A DNA stretch of 64,000 bases, taken from NCBI GenBank assembly GCA_000146045.2, contig BK006941.2, forward strand, positions 576,001 to 640,000, given 5' to 3'. Position numbers and translations under genes: made by a program. The DNA comes from TPA_inf: Saccharomyces (taxonomy: Eukaryota). Under the pieces are notes generated by a model that saw only the letters and a program-made list of their open reading frames with translations, made no database searches and was not told the DNA's origin. Of this stretch, positions 1 to 10,391 are shown in pieces (within the stretch, counting starts at the first letter, position 1; each line of letters opens with the position of its first letter).

Positions 1-504
1 GAGTACACAACTGCGATGGATATATGGTCATGCGGATGCATTTTGGCTGAAATGGTCTCCGGGAAGCCTTTGTTCCCAGGCAGAGACTATCATCATCAAT
101 TATGGCTAATTCTAGAAGTCTTGGGAACTCCATCTTTCGAAGACTTTAATCAGATCAAATCCAAGAGGGCTAAAGAGTATATAGCAAACTTACCTATGAG
201 GCCACCCTTGCCATGGGAGACCGTCTGGTCAAAGACCGATCTGAATCCAGATATGATAGATTTACTAGACAAAATGCTTCAATTCAATCCTGACAAAAGA
301 ATAAGCGCAGCAGAAGCTTTAAGACACCCTTACCTGGCAATGTACCATGACCCAAGTGATGAGCCGGAATATCCTCCACTTAATTTGGATGATGAATTTT
401 GGAAACTGGATAACAAGATAATGCGTCCGGAAGAGGAGGAAGAAGTGCCCATAGAAATGCTCAAAGACATGCTTTACGATGAACTAATGAAGACCATGGA
501 ATAG
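1..504 (+). CDS. KSS1: MAP kinase Kss1, C-terminal 167 codons (5' end lies outside the window)
   Basis: Frame 1 is open from base 1 and reads ...EYTTAMDIWSCGCILAEM..., a protein kinase subdomain IX-XI. Synteny with BUD9, MTE1 and NQM1 distinguishes it from FUS3. Confidence 0.9.
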   Translation, partial: EYTTAMDIWSCGCILAEMVSGKPLFPGRDYHHQLWLILEVLGTPSFEDFNQIKSKRAKEYIANLPMRPPLPWETVWSKTDLNPDMIDLLDKMLQFNPDKRISAAEALRHPYLAMYHDPSDEPEYPPLNLDDEFWKLDNKIMRPEEEEEVPIEMLKDMLYDELMKTME

Positions 505-1486
505 TATTCACAAGAACATTTCTGCCATACTTCTAAAATTTCCCTATATTCAGCTTAGCAGTGACACGTTGTGGTCTGTAGGTCAATATGTAAGTAAGAA
601 ACTTCAACTCACATATGCACGATGCATGCCAATGGAAAAATGCAAGGAACGAAATGGCGCCACGGCAACAAGTTTTTTTTTTTCGCCAGCAGAAGTACAC
701 GAAATGCGGCTTCATGAGCCTCTTCACTGCTTTGCCTAAACGGGAAATGCAGAGAAAAACCAGCCATCGCGTGTGCTTGGAGAGCTGACGCGACTGTAAT
801 CAAAGAGGCGATATCAACACCTTTTATCCAGCACTATTCAACAGTGAATGGGCTCCCAAGTAAGTCTTGGCATTGTGCTTTCTATTCTTAAGTATTAAGT
901 AGAAGTTTTGTTTACTGGGTTTGTTTATTCCTGGCTAGATGTTCGCATTCGTTTTCTAGTTGACCATATTTACCAAATATTCACAACTAATACCCAGCCA
1001 AGGTAGTCTAAAAGCTAATTTCTCTAAAAGGGAGAAAGTTGGTGATTTTTTATCTCGCATTATTATATATGCAAGAATAGTTAAGGTATAGTTATAAAGT
1101 TTTATCTTAATTGCCACATACGTACATTGACACGTAGAAGGACTCCATTATTTTTTTCATTCTAGCATACTATTATTCCTTGTAACGTCCCAGAGTATTC
1201 CATTTAATTGTCCTCCATTTCTTAACGGTGACGAAGGATCACCATACAACAACTACTAAAGATTATAGTACACTCTCACCTTGCAACTATTTATCTGACA
1301 TTTGCCTTACTTTTATCTCCAGCTTCCCCTCGATTTTATTTTTCAATTTGATTTCTAAAGCTTTTTGCTTAGGCATACCAAACCATCCACTCATTTAACA
1401 CCTTATTTTTTTTTTCGAAGACAGCATCCAACTTTATACGTTCACTACCTTTTTTTTTACAACAATTTCATTCTTCATCCTATGAA

Positions 1487-3130
1487 ATGACGAAAATAAC
1501 CAGAGATGTTTCGATAACGACAGAAAATTCAAAATCCACATCTGGATCGGCAACGGCTTCATCCGCATCTTTACCTGAGAACGACCACCCAATATTCCAT
1601 CAACCGCGAGCAAGAATAAGATCTGGTTCGCTGTTCATCGAAGGATCTGATTCATTTCCATCATCAGAAGTGAAGTCATACAATGTTTATATTGATGATA
1701 GCAAGTATAGTGAAATCCTCAAAGGAGATACAAATTCAAGTAGTACTGATGGTAAACAAGTCTTTGAAGATGCTAGAGATGACAATTTCCATCAGGAATC
1801 ACATAGAGATCTAGAGGATTCAATTTTAGATTTAGTACGACGAGATCCAGAAGTAGCAGCATTCCCTTTACCTCCGCCAAATTCAAATGAGAGGAACAGA
1901 AATTCCTCAAACGGGTCTTCCGCTGAAACTAACCTAAATGGACACAGCAGCAGCGGTACCATCTCTACTTCGGTGCTGTTGAATATGGGTTCGGCAGAAA
2001 AGCACGCTGGGACGACCAGAGGAGATCATATGGAATCATCTTCAATGAAATCCTTCGAGAAACTGGGAACCAGACCTTCTTCTTTATTCTATCCACCACC
2101 CGAAGGAACTGCGCCGTACCAGGGACCAAGGGCTACCGTCTCCGGAAATAAGTCTACAAGGCAAACACAAGGTACATACTCATTTCCTTCTATGCGGTAT
2201 GGTGTAGATCTTGTTTCTCCTGTGGAAGGGGCTGTTGATGTAGCAAAAAGCAGAGTTCCTAACAGCACGCTAAATGGTACTTTTCCCGATAAAGCGTTTA
2301 TCCCACATGAATTTCAAATTCCTAAAAAGGCCTGGAACAGAATACCAGCGAATAAGTCCACTAGCCTCAAAACCCCAAGAAACCATTCCCTATTAATTGA
2401 CATATTAAAGCCTTTTGAAGCAGCTGACCTTGCTAATGACCAGCGAAGTTCTTCCGCTGTTTTAAAAAATACAGTGCATTCTAATGGGCAGTATAATCCA
2501 ACTAATGAAACCTCTGGAACTCGAATGCAAGATCAAAGGCAGAAGAATACCAACGAAATTGATTTAGAGAAAATTCCTAATCCTCAAGTCCCTCTTGGTA
2601 TCGCAATGGACACCATGCGTAGTCCAAACCAACTACACGAAAAGGAATACGAAAGTAATATAGAAGCTGGTTTAGCTTCTGGGGTCGGAAAAGGTGACAA
2701 TAGTATTAAGCAACATCAATATAAAAAAATTCCTCAAGAAATTGATCGAGATCAGCAATTAAGTTTTCAAATGGAAACAATGCCCATTCAAAGAATAGAT
2801 TCCTCCTCCATACGTTCATTTGATTCCCGAATATATGGCTTCTCCGAGATTTATAGTATTCCAAGGGTTATAACTACACTGTGCATCTGCCTTTTTGTTC
2901 CGCCCTTATTCTTTTTCTTTTCAATCAATGGAAATAATGGCGTTTCAAATTATAGATTAATGAGAATGATAATGAATTATGAACATAGAATCGGCCTCCT
3001 CAAAGGGTTTGAATGGGACATTGACGTACAATGGTTCAGGACATTGTGCTTTGTATTAGGATGTATAGAGATGTTAGCTATCTTTGCTAGCATAGGAATA
3101 GGATTTGGTGTGGGAATAATAAGAGAGTAA
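1487..3130 (+). CDS. BUD9: Bud9, bipolar bud-site selection protein (547 aa, Ser-rich with C-terminal TM segments)
   Basis: 547-aa ORF with a Ser/Asn-rich extracellular-type region and hydrophobic C-terminus. Position after KSS1 matches YGR041W. Confidence 0.85.
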
Positions 3131-3475
3131 CTCCATGCTGGACTTACTCGTCGAAGATTTCCTGCTACTCTCTATATAATTAGACACCCATGTTATAGAT
3201 TTCAGAAAACAATGTAATAATATATGGTAGCCTCCTGAAACTACCAAGGGAAAAATCTCAACACCAAGAGCTCATATTCGTTGGAATAGCGATAATATCT
3301 CTTTACCTCAATCTTATATGCATGTTATTTGCTCTTATAATTGGTCTCTATTTAGGGAAAAAAGTCGGTTTGAGAGCTTCTCGCGATGTGAAATCTCAAT
3401 TTGAACTGCACGCCAAAGCTAGCCCATTTCACGAACACCAGAAAGAAGAAATCCCCAAGGATCGCATGACAGAGT

Positions 3476-4291
3476 ATGCTCTCTCATATCGTTGAGTATG
3501 AATGCCAATACACTGATCAGCTTTACAAGAAACGTAAAATCTGGCACGATGGTAGACTGAAATACTTTCAGTTAAACAACAGATTCATGCTTTATACGGA
3601 AAAGGATAACGTTTTGTTAGCTAGTGAATTTAAAATAAATTCAAAAGAGCTGAAAGCAATTCTAAATCCAGAAGGTTTTGATATTGAAGAACATAGGATT
3701 TTTAGTCAGTTTTTGGTGATTATTTCAAATATTATTGAGGAGTACGATAGAGATATTCAAGTGGCAGCAACGCATGTTAGGGCATATCCTTCAAATTTGT
3801 CGGTGCAAAAACAACGCCCTCTTATCTCAGACAATGCACCAAGTTTGAATCATATCTCAACTGCGAGAGAAGTTCATTCGAACATAAAAGTCACAACTCC
3901 CAATCGCAAGCAGACAGAGGACAATGCCACCAAGGGAGGATTCAACATCAGCAAACTTACTCTGAAGGTCAATAAGCCTTTCAAGAAGCCCAAGAGGATA
4001 TTAAGTACTAATGTGGTAAATGAATCAAATAGACCGAGCATAAGGAGCCAAAAGATTCAGGAAGTGACACCACAACTACACGAAACAAACACAAGCACTA
4101 AAGTGCAGACAGCCGGAAAAGTTGCGTTGAATAATGATAATATTGCGCAAGGTAATTACGCCACGATTACCGAAGAAGCTAAAGTCAGAGACGGTTCCGA
4201 CAGAAAGAAAGATATGGCGAACCTATCCAAAAGTGGTAAAAGGAGAGTGGGCGGGATACGAAGAATTGTTCACGAACCCCTCGGAATTTGA
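3476..4291 (+). CDS. MTE1: Mph1-associated telomere maintenance protein (271 aa)
   Basis: 271-aa ORF at the YGR042W position, with length and strand matching. Confidence 0.75.
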   Translation: MLSHIVEYECQYTDQLYKKRKIWHDGRLKYFQLNNRFMLYTEKDNVLLASEFKINSKELKAILNPEGFDIEEHRIFSQFLVIISNIIEEYDRDIQVAATHVRAYPSNLSVQKQRPLISDNAPSLNHISTAREVHSNIKVTTPNRKQTEDNATKGGFNISKLTLKVNKPFKKPKRILSTNVVNESNRPSIRSQKIQEVTPQLHETNTSTKVQTAGKVALNNDNIAQGNYATITEEAKVRDGSDRKKDMANLSKSGKRRVGGIRRIVHEPLGI

Positions 4292-4434
4292 TTATACGTC
4301 AGAATTTTAATGAATATATAAGTCTGTACACTATGCTATGCACATATACTCAAACAAATTCAATACTAAGTACCGAAAAGGAAAGTGGTATATATATATT
4401 TATATATATAAGTAGGTACCTCTACTCTTAATGA

Positions 4435-5436
4435 TCACATTTTTTCTTCAACCAGTTTGTACAGTGCTTCAATGTCTGCGGAGAATTTTCTGATACCATC
4501 TGATAGTTTTTCTGTAGCCATTTGATCTTCGTTTAAAACATATCTGAAATGAGGCTCGTCGTTGATAAAAGAGACTTTTTCGACGCCTTCTTCCTTAGCA
4601 CTCTCAGAATTCAATTTGTTTTCAATAGGATCTGTTGATTCATATAACTGTTCTAGAAGGTTCAGTGGGAGAGTCATATTATCAATACCGGCTAACGCCT
4701 TCAATTCATCTAAATTCCTGAAAGAAGCCGCCATTACCTCAGTTGCATAACCATGCCTCTTATAGTAACTGTATATCTTCTTAACAGAAAGAACACCGGG
4801 ATCAGTTTCTGCAGTATAGTCTTTGCCTGAAAGGGCCTTGTAAAAGTCCATAATCCTTCCAACAAATGGGGAGATCAATGTGACATTTGCCTCCGCACAG
4901 GCTACTGCTTGCGTAAAGGAAAACAGTAATGTCATATTACAATGAATACCATGCTTTACTTCCAATTCTCTAGCAGCTTGGATACCCTCCCACGTAGAAG
5001 CTATCTTGATCAAGACTCTTTCTTTAGGTACTCCCGCATCTTTATATAGTTTGATGATGTGGAGAGCCTTCTTCACCGTCGCCTTCTTATCAAAAGATAA
5101 CCTTGCGTCTACTTCAGTGGAAACCCTTCCTGGGACTACCTTCAAAATCTGGGTGCCGAATTCCACCAAAATCTTATCCATGGCGTTCTCGATTTTCTCA
5201 TGATCAGTTTTGCCATGCTTTCTACCATATTCAACGGCAGCGTCGATAAACCTCGCATATTTCTCCAACTTTGAAGCAGCCAATATCAGAGAAGGGTTAG
5301 TTGTTGAATCCTGTGGTTCATACTTCGAAATAGCCTCAAAATCACCCGAATCAGCAACCACATGGGTCCCGGCCTTTTTTAATTGTTCTAAAGATGAGGT
5401 AGCAACTTTTTGTTTTTTCTCTGAAGGTTCTGACAT
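4435..5436 (-). CDS. NQM1: Transaldolase paralog Nqm1 (333 aa)
   Basis: Transaldolase fold signature (…TTNPSLILAA…, active-site Lys region). Lies between MTE1 and RME1, so it is the YGR043C paralog rather than TAL1. Confidence 0.9.
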   Translation of the reverse strand: MSEPSEKKQKVATSSLEQLKKAGTHVVADSGDFEAISKYEPQDSTTNPSLILAASKLEKYARFIDAAVEYGRKHGKTDHEKIENAMDKILVEFGTQILKVVPGRVSTEVDARLSFDKKATVKKALHIIKLYKDAGVPKERVLIKIASTWEGIQAARELEVKHGIHCNMTLLFSFTQAVACAEANVTLISPFVGRIMDFYKALSGKDYTAETDPGVLSVKKIYSYYKRHGYATEVMAASFRNLDELKALAGIDNMTLPLNLLEQLYESTDPIENKLNSESAKEEGVEKVSFINDEPHFRYVLNEDQMATEKLSDGIRKFSADIEALYKLVEEKM

Positions 5437-5596
5437 ATTTAATTTCTTGTATATATGTGATTATTTCCTATTTTTTATGACTTACGCTAGCAAGAAATAA
5501 TGATATACTTAGCATAAATATGACTGCGCTGCAAGATTGCTCTTCTTTTATATGTTGTCCACCCCATTCTAGATGGTTAGAAGGATCCACTATGCT

Positions 5597-5612
5597 CCCC
5601 TCATTCGCCCCT
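5597..5612. promoter_or_regulatory. Two STRE cores (CCCCT at 5597-5601 and 5608-5612) 160-175 bp upstream of NQM1
   Basis: Read as AGGGG on the NQM1 strand. NQM1 is induced at the diauxic shift and in stationary phase. Confidence 0.4.
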
Positions 5613-5692
5613 ACTATGGAAGAAGAAGAGAAGGACAAAAGACGTATTTCGTTACAAGTCAAGAAGTCCGAGGAGTACAAGAGCCAAAATCA

Positions 5693-5713
5693 GAGCCAGA
5701 GCCAGAGCCAGAT
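5693..5713. repeat. (CAGAGC)3.5 hexanucleotide microsatellite in the NQM1 upstream region
   Basis: cagagccagagccagagccag. Confidence 0.85.
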
Positions 5714-6989
5714 CAAGGAAAGTAACCTATAATTCCCCGCGTTAACAGTCCAGTCCCTCTTATTGAAAGCTTCGTCATCCTGAAAATCCTTCAACCCAGA
5801 CCGACTGTTGAAAAGCCCTTTTGTGTCACAAATCCGTAACCATATTACCCTACTAACATCCGGAAATAATTGCCGCTCACTTTAGGGAAGGTCTCTAAAG
5901 GGTAATAATCGAGTTGATGAAAAAGCCGCTACCCCTATTTGAAAAATAATGAATAATGGCTTTCTGGCATGAATAGATTTAATACAATGCTGACCTTGAA
6001 AATGTGAAAAAAGAAAAAAATTAATATAAAAAAGAAAAAAAGTAGAAAAAGAAAGCTATCTTTTTTGGTCTATTCAACCAGATAGTGTGCATTTATTATA
6101 TTGTCCCCCCATATTATTCATCAAGAAAATTACAAAAGAGTAATGCCATTTTTCTTCTTTTTTTTCTTCTTCTTGGCTGTACAGATCTTTTTCCATAAAA
6201 TGATTGATCTAGCGATTATTGTTTCTTAATATTTTTCCTGTCCTGCAATTGTTCTCGAGGATTGCTATATTTCTCAAAGATATTTTCAGGAAATGTGCGT
6301 GCGATGTGAGTTTTTCATTGAGGGTATTTAGAAAAATAACCGCCAACGGTGAGAACATAAAAATCTTAGCTGGAAAAGAACTGCCAAAGATACTATTACC
6401 TAGAGGGTTCGTAAATACGGTTTGTGGAACCAGGGCGATGCAACTAAAAAACATATAAATTGGAAATTACGAGACTTTCGGCACAAGAAGCGCTAATATC
6501 CTACTTAAGTGGTTGAATTCTTGTATGATTAAAAAAAAAAAAAAAAACACCTGTCTTATTTTCAATTTTATGGTACTGACTTTGAGGGTACGTGAATCAT
6601 CGAAGGAAACATAATTGCACTGATATGTAAACTTCCTAGTTTCAAATGTTTTCTCGGAATACCAAATAACCTCTAGCCATAAGTTTATTTTCAAACTTTT
6701 TCCTCTTAGGTGATAAGGGAGATTAGAAAAAAAGAAATATTTATTATTGAAATAACTGTCCAAAGAAGCAAAGTGAATATAGAAGAAAAAATGCGAGTAC
6801 TTACGATTTTTTATTTAGCTAAGTAACCAACGTGGTGCCATATTCACGACATAGCAAGTGTCCATAGTTGCATGCGTTTTCTTTAATATCATTGTGTTTT
6901 ATTTTTATTACTTTAAGAAAAAATACAGTAGCTTTCATGCCTGCACAAATTTAACAAGAGTTTCATGGGGTACATTTTTAATGCCTCAA

Positions 6990-7892
6990 CTATTTGGTAT
7001 TGTTCAAAATTTTCTTCAAACGCTTGTTAAATCTTGAATCAGCGTTGTTATGCACCATGGCCACATGTCTCTTATAGGCGTCTTTGCGCCTAAACGTTTT
7101 CTGACAGATAGGAAATGGGCAATTCAGTCCTGGATATTTTTCTACTTTTAGATTTAATGATTTCTCCATCTCTATATCAAGCTCTCCTATATGTTGGGAA
7201 GCACAATGTCTTCTCAGACCAGTTGCTTGTTGGAAACCCAATATTTTCCAGGGACATTGCTCTATGGGACACTTACACGGTCTTTCAAGGTTGAATTCGT
7301 CTAAGTGCGCGGCAAACTCAACTAACGTTGCGAACTTTTCAGAACAATGAGAACAGTGGTAACTTCCTCTTTTTGTTTGCCCTTCGGAAATTGTGCTGAG
7401 TACTTTGGGGTCGTGATATAGCTGTGCCACGTGCGATTTTTGGGGATAGCCTAGAATACACTGTGAATGGGATTGTTCTGTTGTATTGCTCTCAATAAAT
7501 ACAGGATTTGCTCCTTTTTGACGTCCATAATTAATAAGATCTCTGAACTCCGGATCAACTAATGACGTGATACAGTGTGTACTGTCCGCTATTTCATCCG
7601 GCCGTAATTGAGGTGCTGTACCTTCCTCAGTAGACGACGTAGAGTCATAAGCCTGTCTCTGATTTCCGGCTATAACTGTGATTGTGTTTTCTAATGATAG
7701 TAGTAAACAGTCCTCAGTGCTGGAAGGCAGGCTGGAAGGCAGGCTGGAATCCCCCTCTAAGGGTGATGCCGAATATTCTTTCATGTTTTGCCCGAAATCG
7801 TGCCAATGATAAATCGGTTGCACCTCTTGTAAAACCTCTCTGTTCCAAGACCCCTTGGCGATGGCACTGTTTTGTCCATAACACGGTGACAT
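6990..7892 (-). CDS. RME1: Rme1, C2H2 zinc-finger regulator of meiosis (300 aa from second ATG; ORF track extends 6 codons further to 7910)
   Basis: Three C-terminal C2H2 fingers (CSHCSEKF..H, CKCPIEQC..H, CPFPICQKTF..H). Position matches YGR044C. Confidence 0.85.
   Translation of the reverse strand: MSPCYGQNSAIAKGSWNREVLQEVQPIYHWHDFGQNMKEYSASPLEGDSSLPSSLPSSTEDCLLLSLENTITVIAGNQRQAYDSTSSTEEGTAPQLRPDEIADSTHCITSLVDPEFRDLINYGRQKGANPVFIESNTTEQSHSQCILGYPQKSHVAQLYHDPKVLSTISEGQTKRGSYHCSHCSEKFATLVEFAAHLDEFNLERPCKCPIEQCPWKILGFQQATGLRRHCASQHIGELDIEMEKSLNLKVEKYPGLNCPFPICQKTFRRKDAYKRHVAMVHNNADSRFNKRLKKILNNTK
7719..7749 (-). repeat. In-frame 12-bp tandem repeat (ctggaaggcagg x2.5) inside RME1, encoding SSLP-SSLP-SS
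   Basis: Two exact 12-nt units plus a partial third. Read on the minus strand it gives the …SSLPSSLPSS… segment of Rme1. Confidence 0.85.
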
Positions 7893-7933
7893 AAGTGCTG
7901 AAAATCCCAACTTCTAGTAAAGAATTAACAAAT

Positions 7934-8296
7934 TCAACTGTATGACTTATAGGATAAGAACAATGTCAGTTCCAATGCGTTGACACAGTAGAAAATATAT
8001 TTACTAAGAAGCAGCTTCGTCGTTGGTATAGTTTCGGTTGATCTAGATATAAATATAACTACAAATAAATGGCAGGAAAAATTGAAGCAAATGACACAGG
8101 ACATATCTATCACATTGCTCCCTTTAATTTCCTCGAAGGCACTCTGGCCTTTGTTCTCTGCATAAGAAAAAGCCAGCAGAAAATACGGTGATATATTTAA
8201 TACATGCCCGGCCACTTTTCTGCTGGTAAAGCCCACCGGAAAAGTTCGGATTTTCTTATCCAGTATACGCCGACCTTTTGATGTAATCTGTGACAT
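7934..8296 (-). CDS. YGR045C: Dubious 120-aa ORF (YGR045C position), probably non-coding
   Basis: Low-complexity hydrophobic ORF in the RME1 upstream region with no domain features. Confidence 0.3.
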   Translation of the reverse strand: MSQITSKGRRILDKKIRTFPVGFTSRKVAGHVLNISPYFLLAFSYAENKGQSAFEEIKGSNVIDMSCVICFNFSCHLFVVIFISRSTETIPTTKLLLSKYIFYCVNALELTLFLSYKSYS

Positions 8297-8894
8297 CTCA
8301 CTCCGGCGGCCATTTTACGTGACGAAGCATCCCTTACAACAGAAAGAAGAAAAAAGATATGCCGCTTTGCGGTTTCTTTCTGGCAATGTATGCACTCATA
8401 ATGCTACTCGTTTACCCACTATCCCTGTCCAAACTAAAGAGGGAGGAAAGCACTTTTTGCATTTACACATCGTAGATTATAAAATGATCGTTAACAGGCG
8501 CTTGTGATTTTGAATTTAAGAAATGTGGACTAGAGAAGTCTTAAATCGCCAATGCTGTACCAGACTCTCTATAGCATCTAAACACGAAATTCAACTGTTA
8601 TCTTAGTTTTTCACTTACCAGTAGCGCGCTTGTTATTCCCACGTTATTATTTGCCCCCACATCATAGGTCAAGTGACCTTCTCTTACCCGACATGAATAA
8701 AGAAAAGAAAAGAAATCATACCCTTCAGCCTGTTTAGCCATAAATAGTAAAGAGTAGATGTTTCGACGGACTAAATAATGTGAAAAAGGTTCTAAAACCT
8801 TCAAAACAATTAAACTTGAGAAACGTTGCTATAGGATTGAGCTAATAATTTGAATTAATAGGAGCTGCTTTTTACTTTGATATATCCTGAAGTT

Positions 8895-10052
8895 ATGTTA
8901 CGAGTTTCTGAAAATGGTCTACGGTTTCTGCTGAAATGCCATTCAACGAACGTAAGCATGTTTAATAGGCTTCTGAGTACTCAAATAAAGGAGGGGAGAA
9001 GTTCCATAGATGATGCTGGCATTATCCCCGATGGAACTATTAACGAAAGGCCGAATCACTACATCGAGGGAATTACTAAAGGCAGTGATCTGGACCTCTT
9101 GGAAAAAGGTATAAGAAAAACTGACGAAATGACTTCCAATTTTACAAATTATATGTACAAGTTTCACAGATTGCCCCCCAACTATGGAAGTAACCAGCTC
9201 ATTACTATCGATAAGGAACTTCAAAAGGAACTGGATGGGGTAATGTCATCCTTCAAAGCTCCGTGCCGGTTTGTATTTGGTTACGGCTCAGGAGTTTTCG
9301 AACAAGCGGGATATTCCAAAAGTCATAGCAAACCTCAAATCGATATAATCTTGGGCGTCACATATCCATCACATTTTCACTCTATTAATATGAGGCAGAA
9401 TCCGCAACATTATTCAAGTTTGAAATACTTCGGTTCCGAGTTCGTGTCTAAATTTCAACAGATCGGCGCAGGCGTATATTTTAATCCATTTGCAAATATA
9501 AATGGACACGACGTAAAATATGGGGTGGTTTCTATGGAAACACTTTTAAAGGACATAGCTACTTGGAATACATTCTATTTAGCAGGACGACTACAAAAGC
9601 CTGTAAAAATATTGAAGAATGATTTGAGAGTGCAATATTGGAACCAATTAAACTTAAAAGCTGCAGCTACTTTGGCCAAACATTACACCTTAGAGAAAAA
9701 TAACAATAAGTTTGACGAATTCCAATTTTACAAGGAGATCACTGCCTTAAGTTATGCAGGTGATATTAGATACAAACTGGGTGGAGAAAATCCCGACAAA
9801 GTTAACAACATTGTTACCAAAAACTTTGAAAGATTTCAAGAGTATTACAAGCCGATTTACAAAGAAGTGGTCCTAAATGATTCATTTTATCTTCCAAAAG
9901 GGTTCACATTAAAGAATACTCAGAGACTTTTGCTCAGCCGTATTAGTAAATCAAGTGCATTACAAACTATTAAAGGTGTTTTCACAGCTGGAATCACAAA
10001 GTCAATTAAGTATGCTTGGGCCAAAAAACTAAAATCGATGAGGAGAAGCTAG
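8895..10052 (+). CDS. TAM41: Tam41, mitochondrial CDP-diacylglycerol synthase (385 aa from MLRVSENG; ORF track starts 6 codons earlier)
   Basis: 385-aa ORF with an N-terminal mitochondrial presequence-like segment. Position matches YGR046W. Confidence 0.85.
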   Translation: MLRVSENGLRFLLKCHSTNVSMFNRLLSTQIKEGRSSIDDAGIIPDGTINERPNHYIEGITKGSDLDLLEKGIRKTDEMTSNFTNYMYKFHRLPPNYGSNQLITIDKELQKELDGVMSSFKAPCRFVFGYGSGVFEQAGYSKSHSKPQIDIILGVTYPSHFHSINMRQNPQHYSSLKYFGSEFVSKFQQIGAGVYFNPFANINGHDVKYGVVSMETLLKDIATWNTFYLAGRLQKPVKILKNDLRVQYWNQLNLKAAATLAKHYTLEKNNNKFDEFQFYKEITALSYAGDIRYKLGGENPDKVNNIVTKNFERFQEYYKPIYKEVVLNDSFYLPKGFTLKNTQRLLLSRISKSSALQTIKGVFTAGITKSIKYAWAKKLKSMRRS

Positions 10053-10391
10053 TGTATCCAATGTTATCTACACATTATCTTTTATCAAAAATGTTTTATC
10101 GTCCTTTCATCTCTTTCGAAGAATCGCTCTATTCACATTCCAAATCTCTGGCGTCGGTCAATATTTATTCATCTTTATTTTTACCTTCTTCTAGATAATA
10201 TACATTATCCCATATTGGCATTCAAACTGACTTACTTGCATTATGGAAGGGGGATCATACGTTCCAGTATATGCAATGGATGTCGTACTTACGAACACAT
10301 TGTAGCATTTGAAGGGGTATTTCTATATATTTCTATTATTAAGGGTTATATTACAATTATACTTTATAGTTTAAAATATTTAAACAAGTTC

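Noticed and set aside
1-504. The MAPK C-terminal fragment could be FUS3 instead of KSS1
   Set aside because: Synteny with BUD9, MTE1 and NQM1 places it at the YGR040W position, i.e. KSS1.
3279-3300. cgttggaatagcgataatatct resembles the first 10 nt of a Ty1 delta LTR (TGTTGGAATAGAAATC…)
   Set aside because: Similarity ends after about 10 nt. There is no matching LTR body, no TCTCA terminus and no 5-bp target-site duplication, so it is a chance match.
4435-5436. Transaldolase ORF could have been called TAL1
   Set aside because: The flanking genes (MTE1, RME1, KSS1) fix the locus as chromosome VII, so it is the paralog NQM1 (YGR043C), not TAL1 on chromosome XII.
5520-5732. 70-aa plus-strand ORF (acidic, with an SQSQSQSQ run) in the NQM1 upstream region, considered as a candidate micro-protein
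   Set aside because: The SQ run is simply the (CAGAGC)n microsatellite read in frame. There is no codon-bias or conservation evidence available, so it is most likely non-coding promoter DNA.
5846-5852. TACTAAC branch-point consensus in the NQM1-RME1 spacer, possibly marking an intron of an unannotated small gene
   Set aside because: No GTATGT 5' splice site within 500 nt upstream on the same strand and no flanking ORF pieces, so it is an isolated heptamer.
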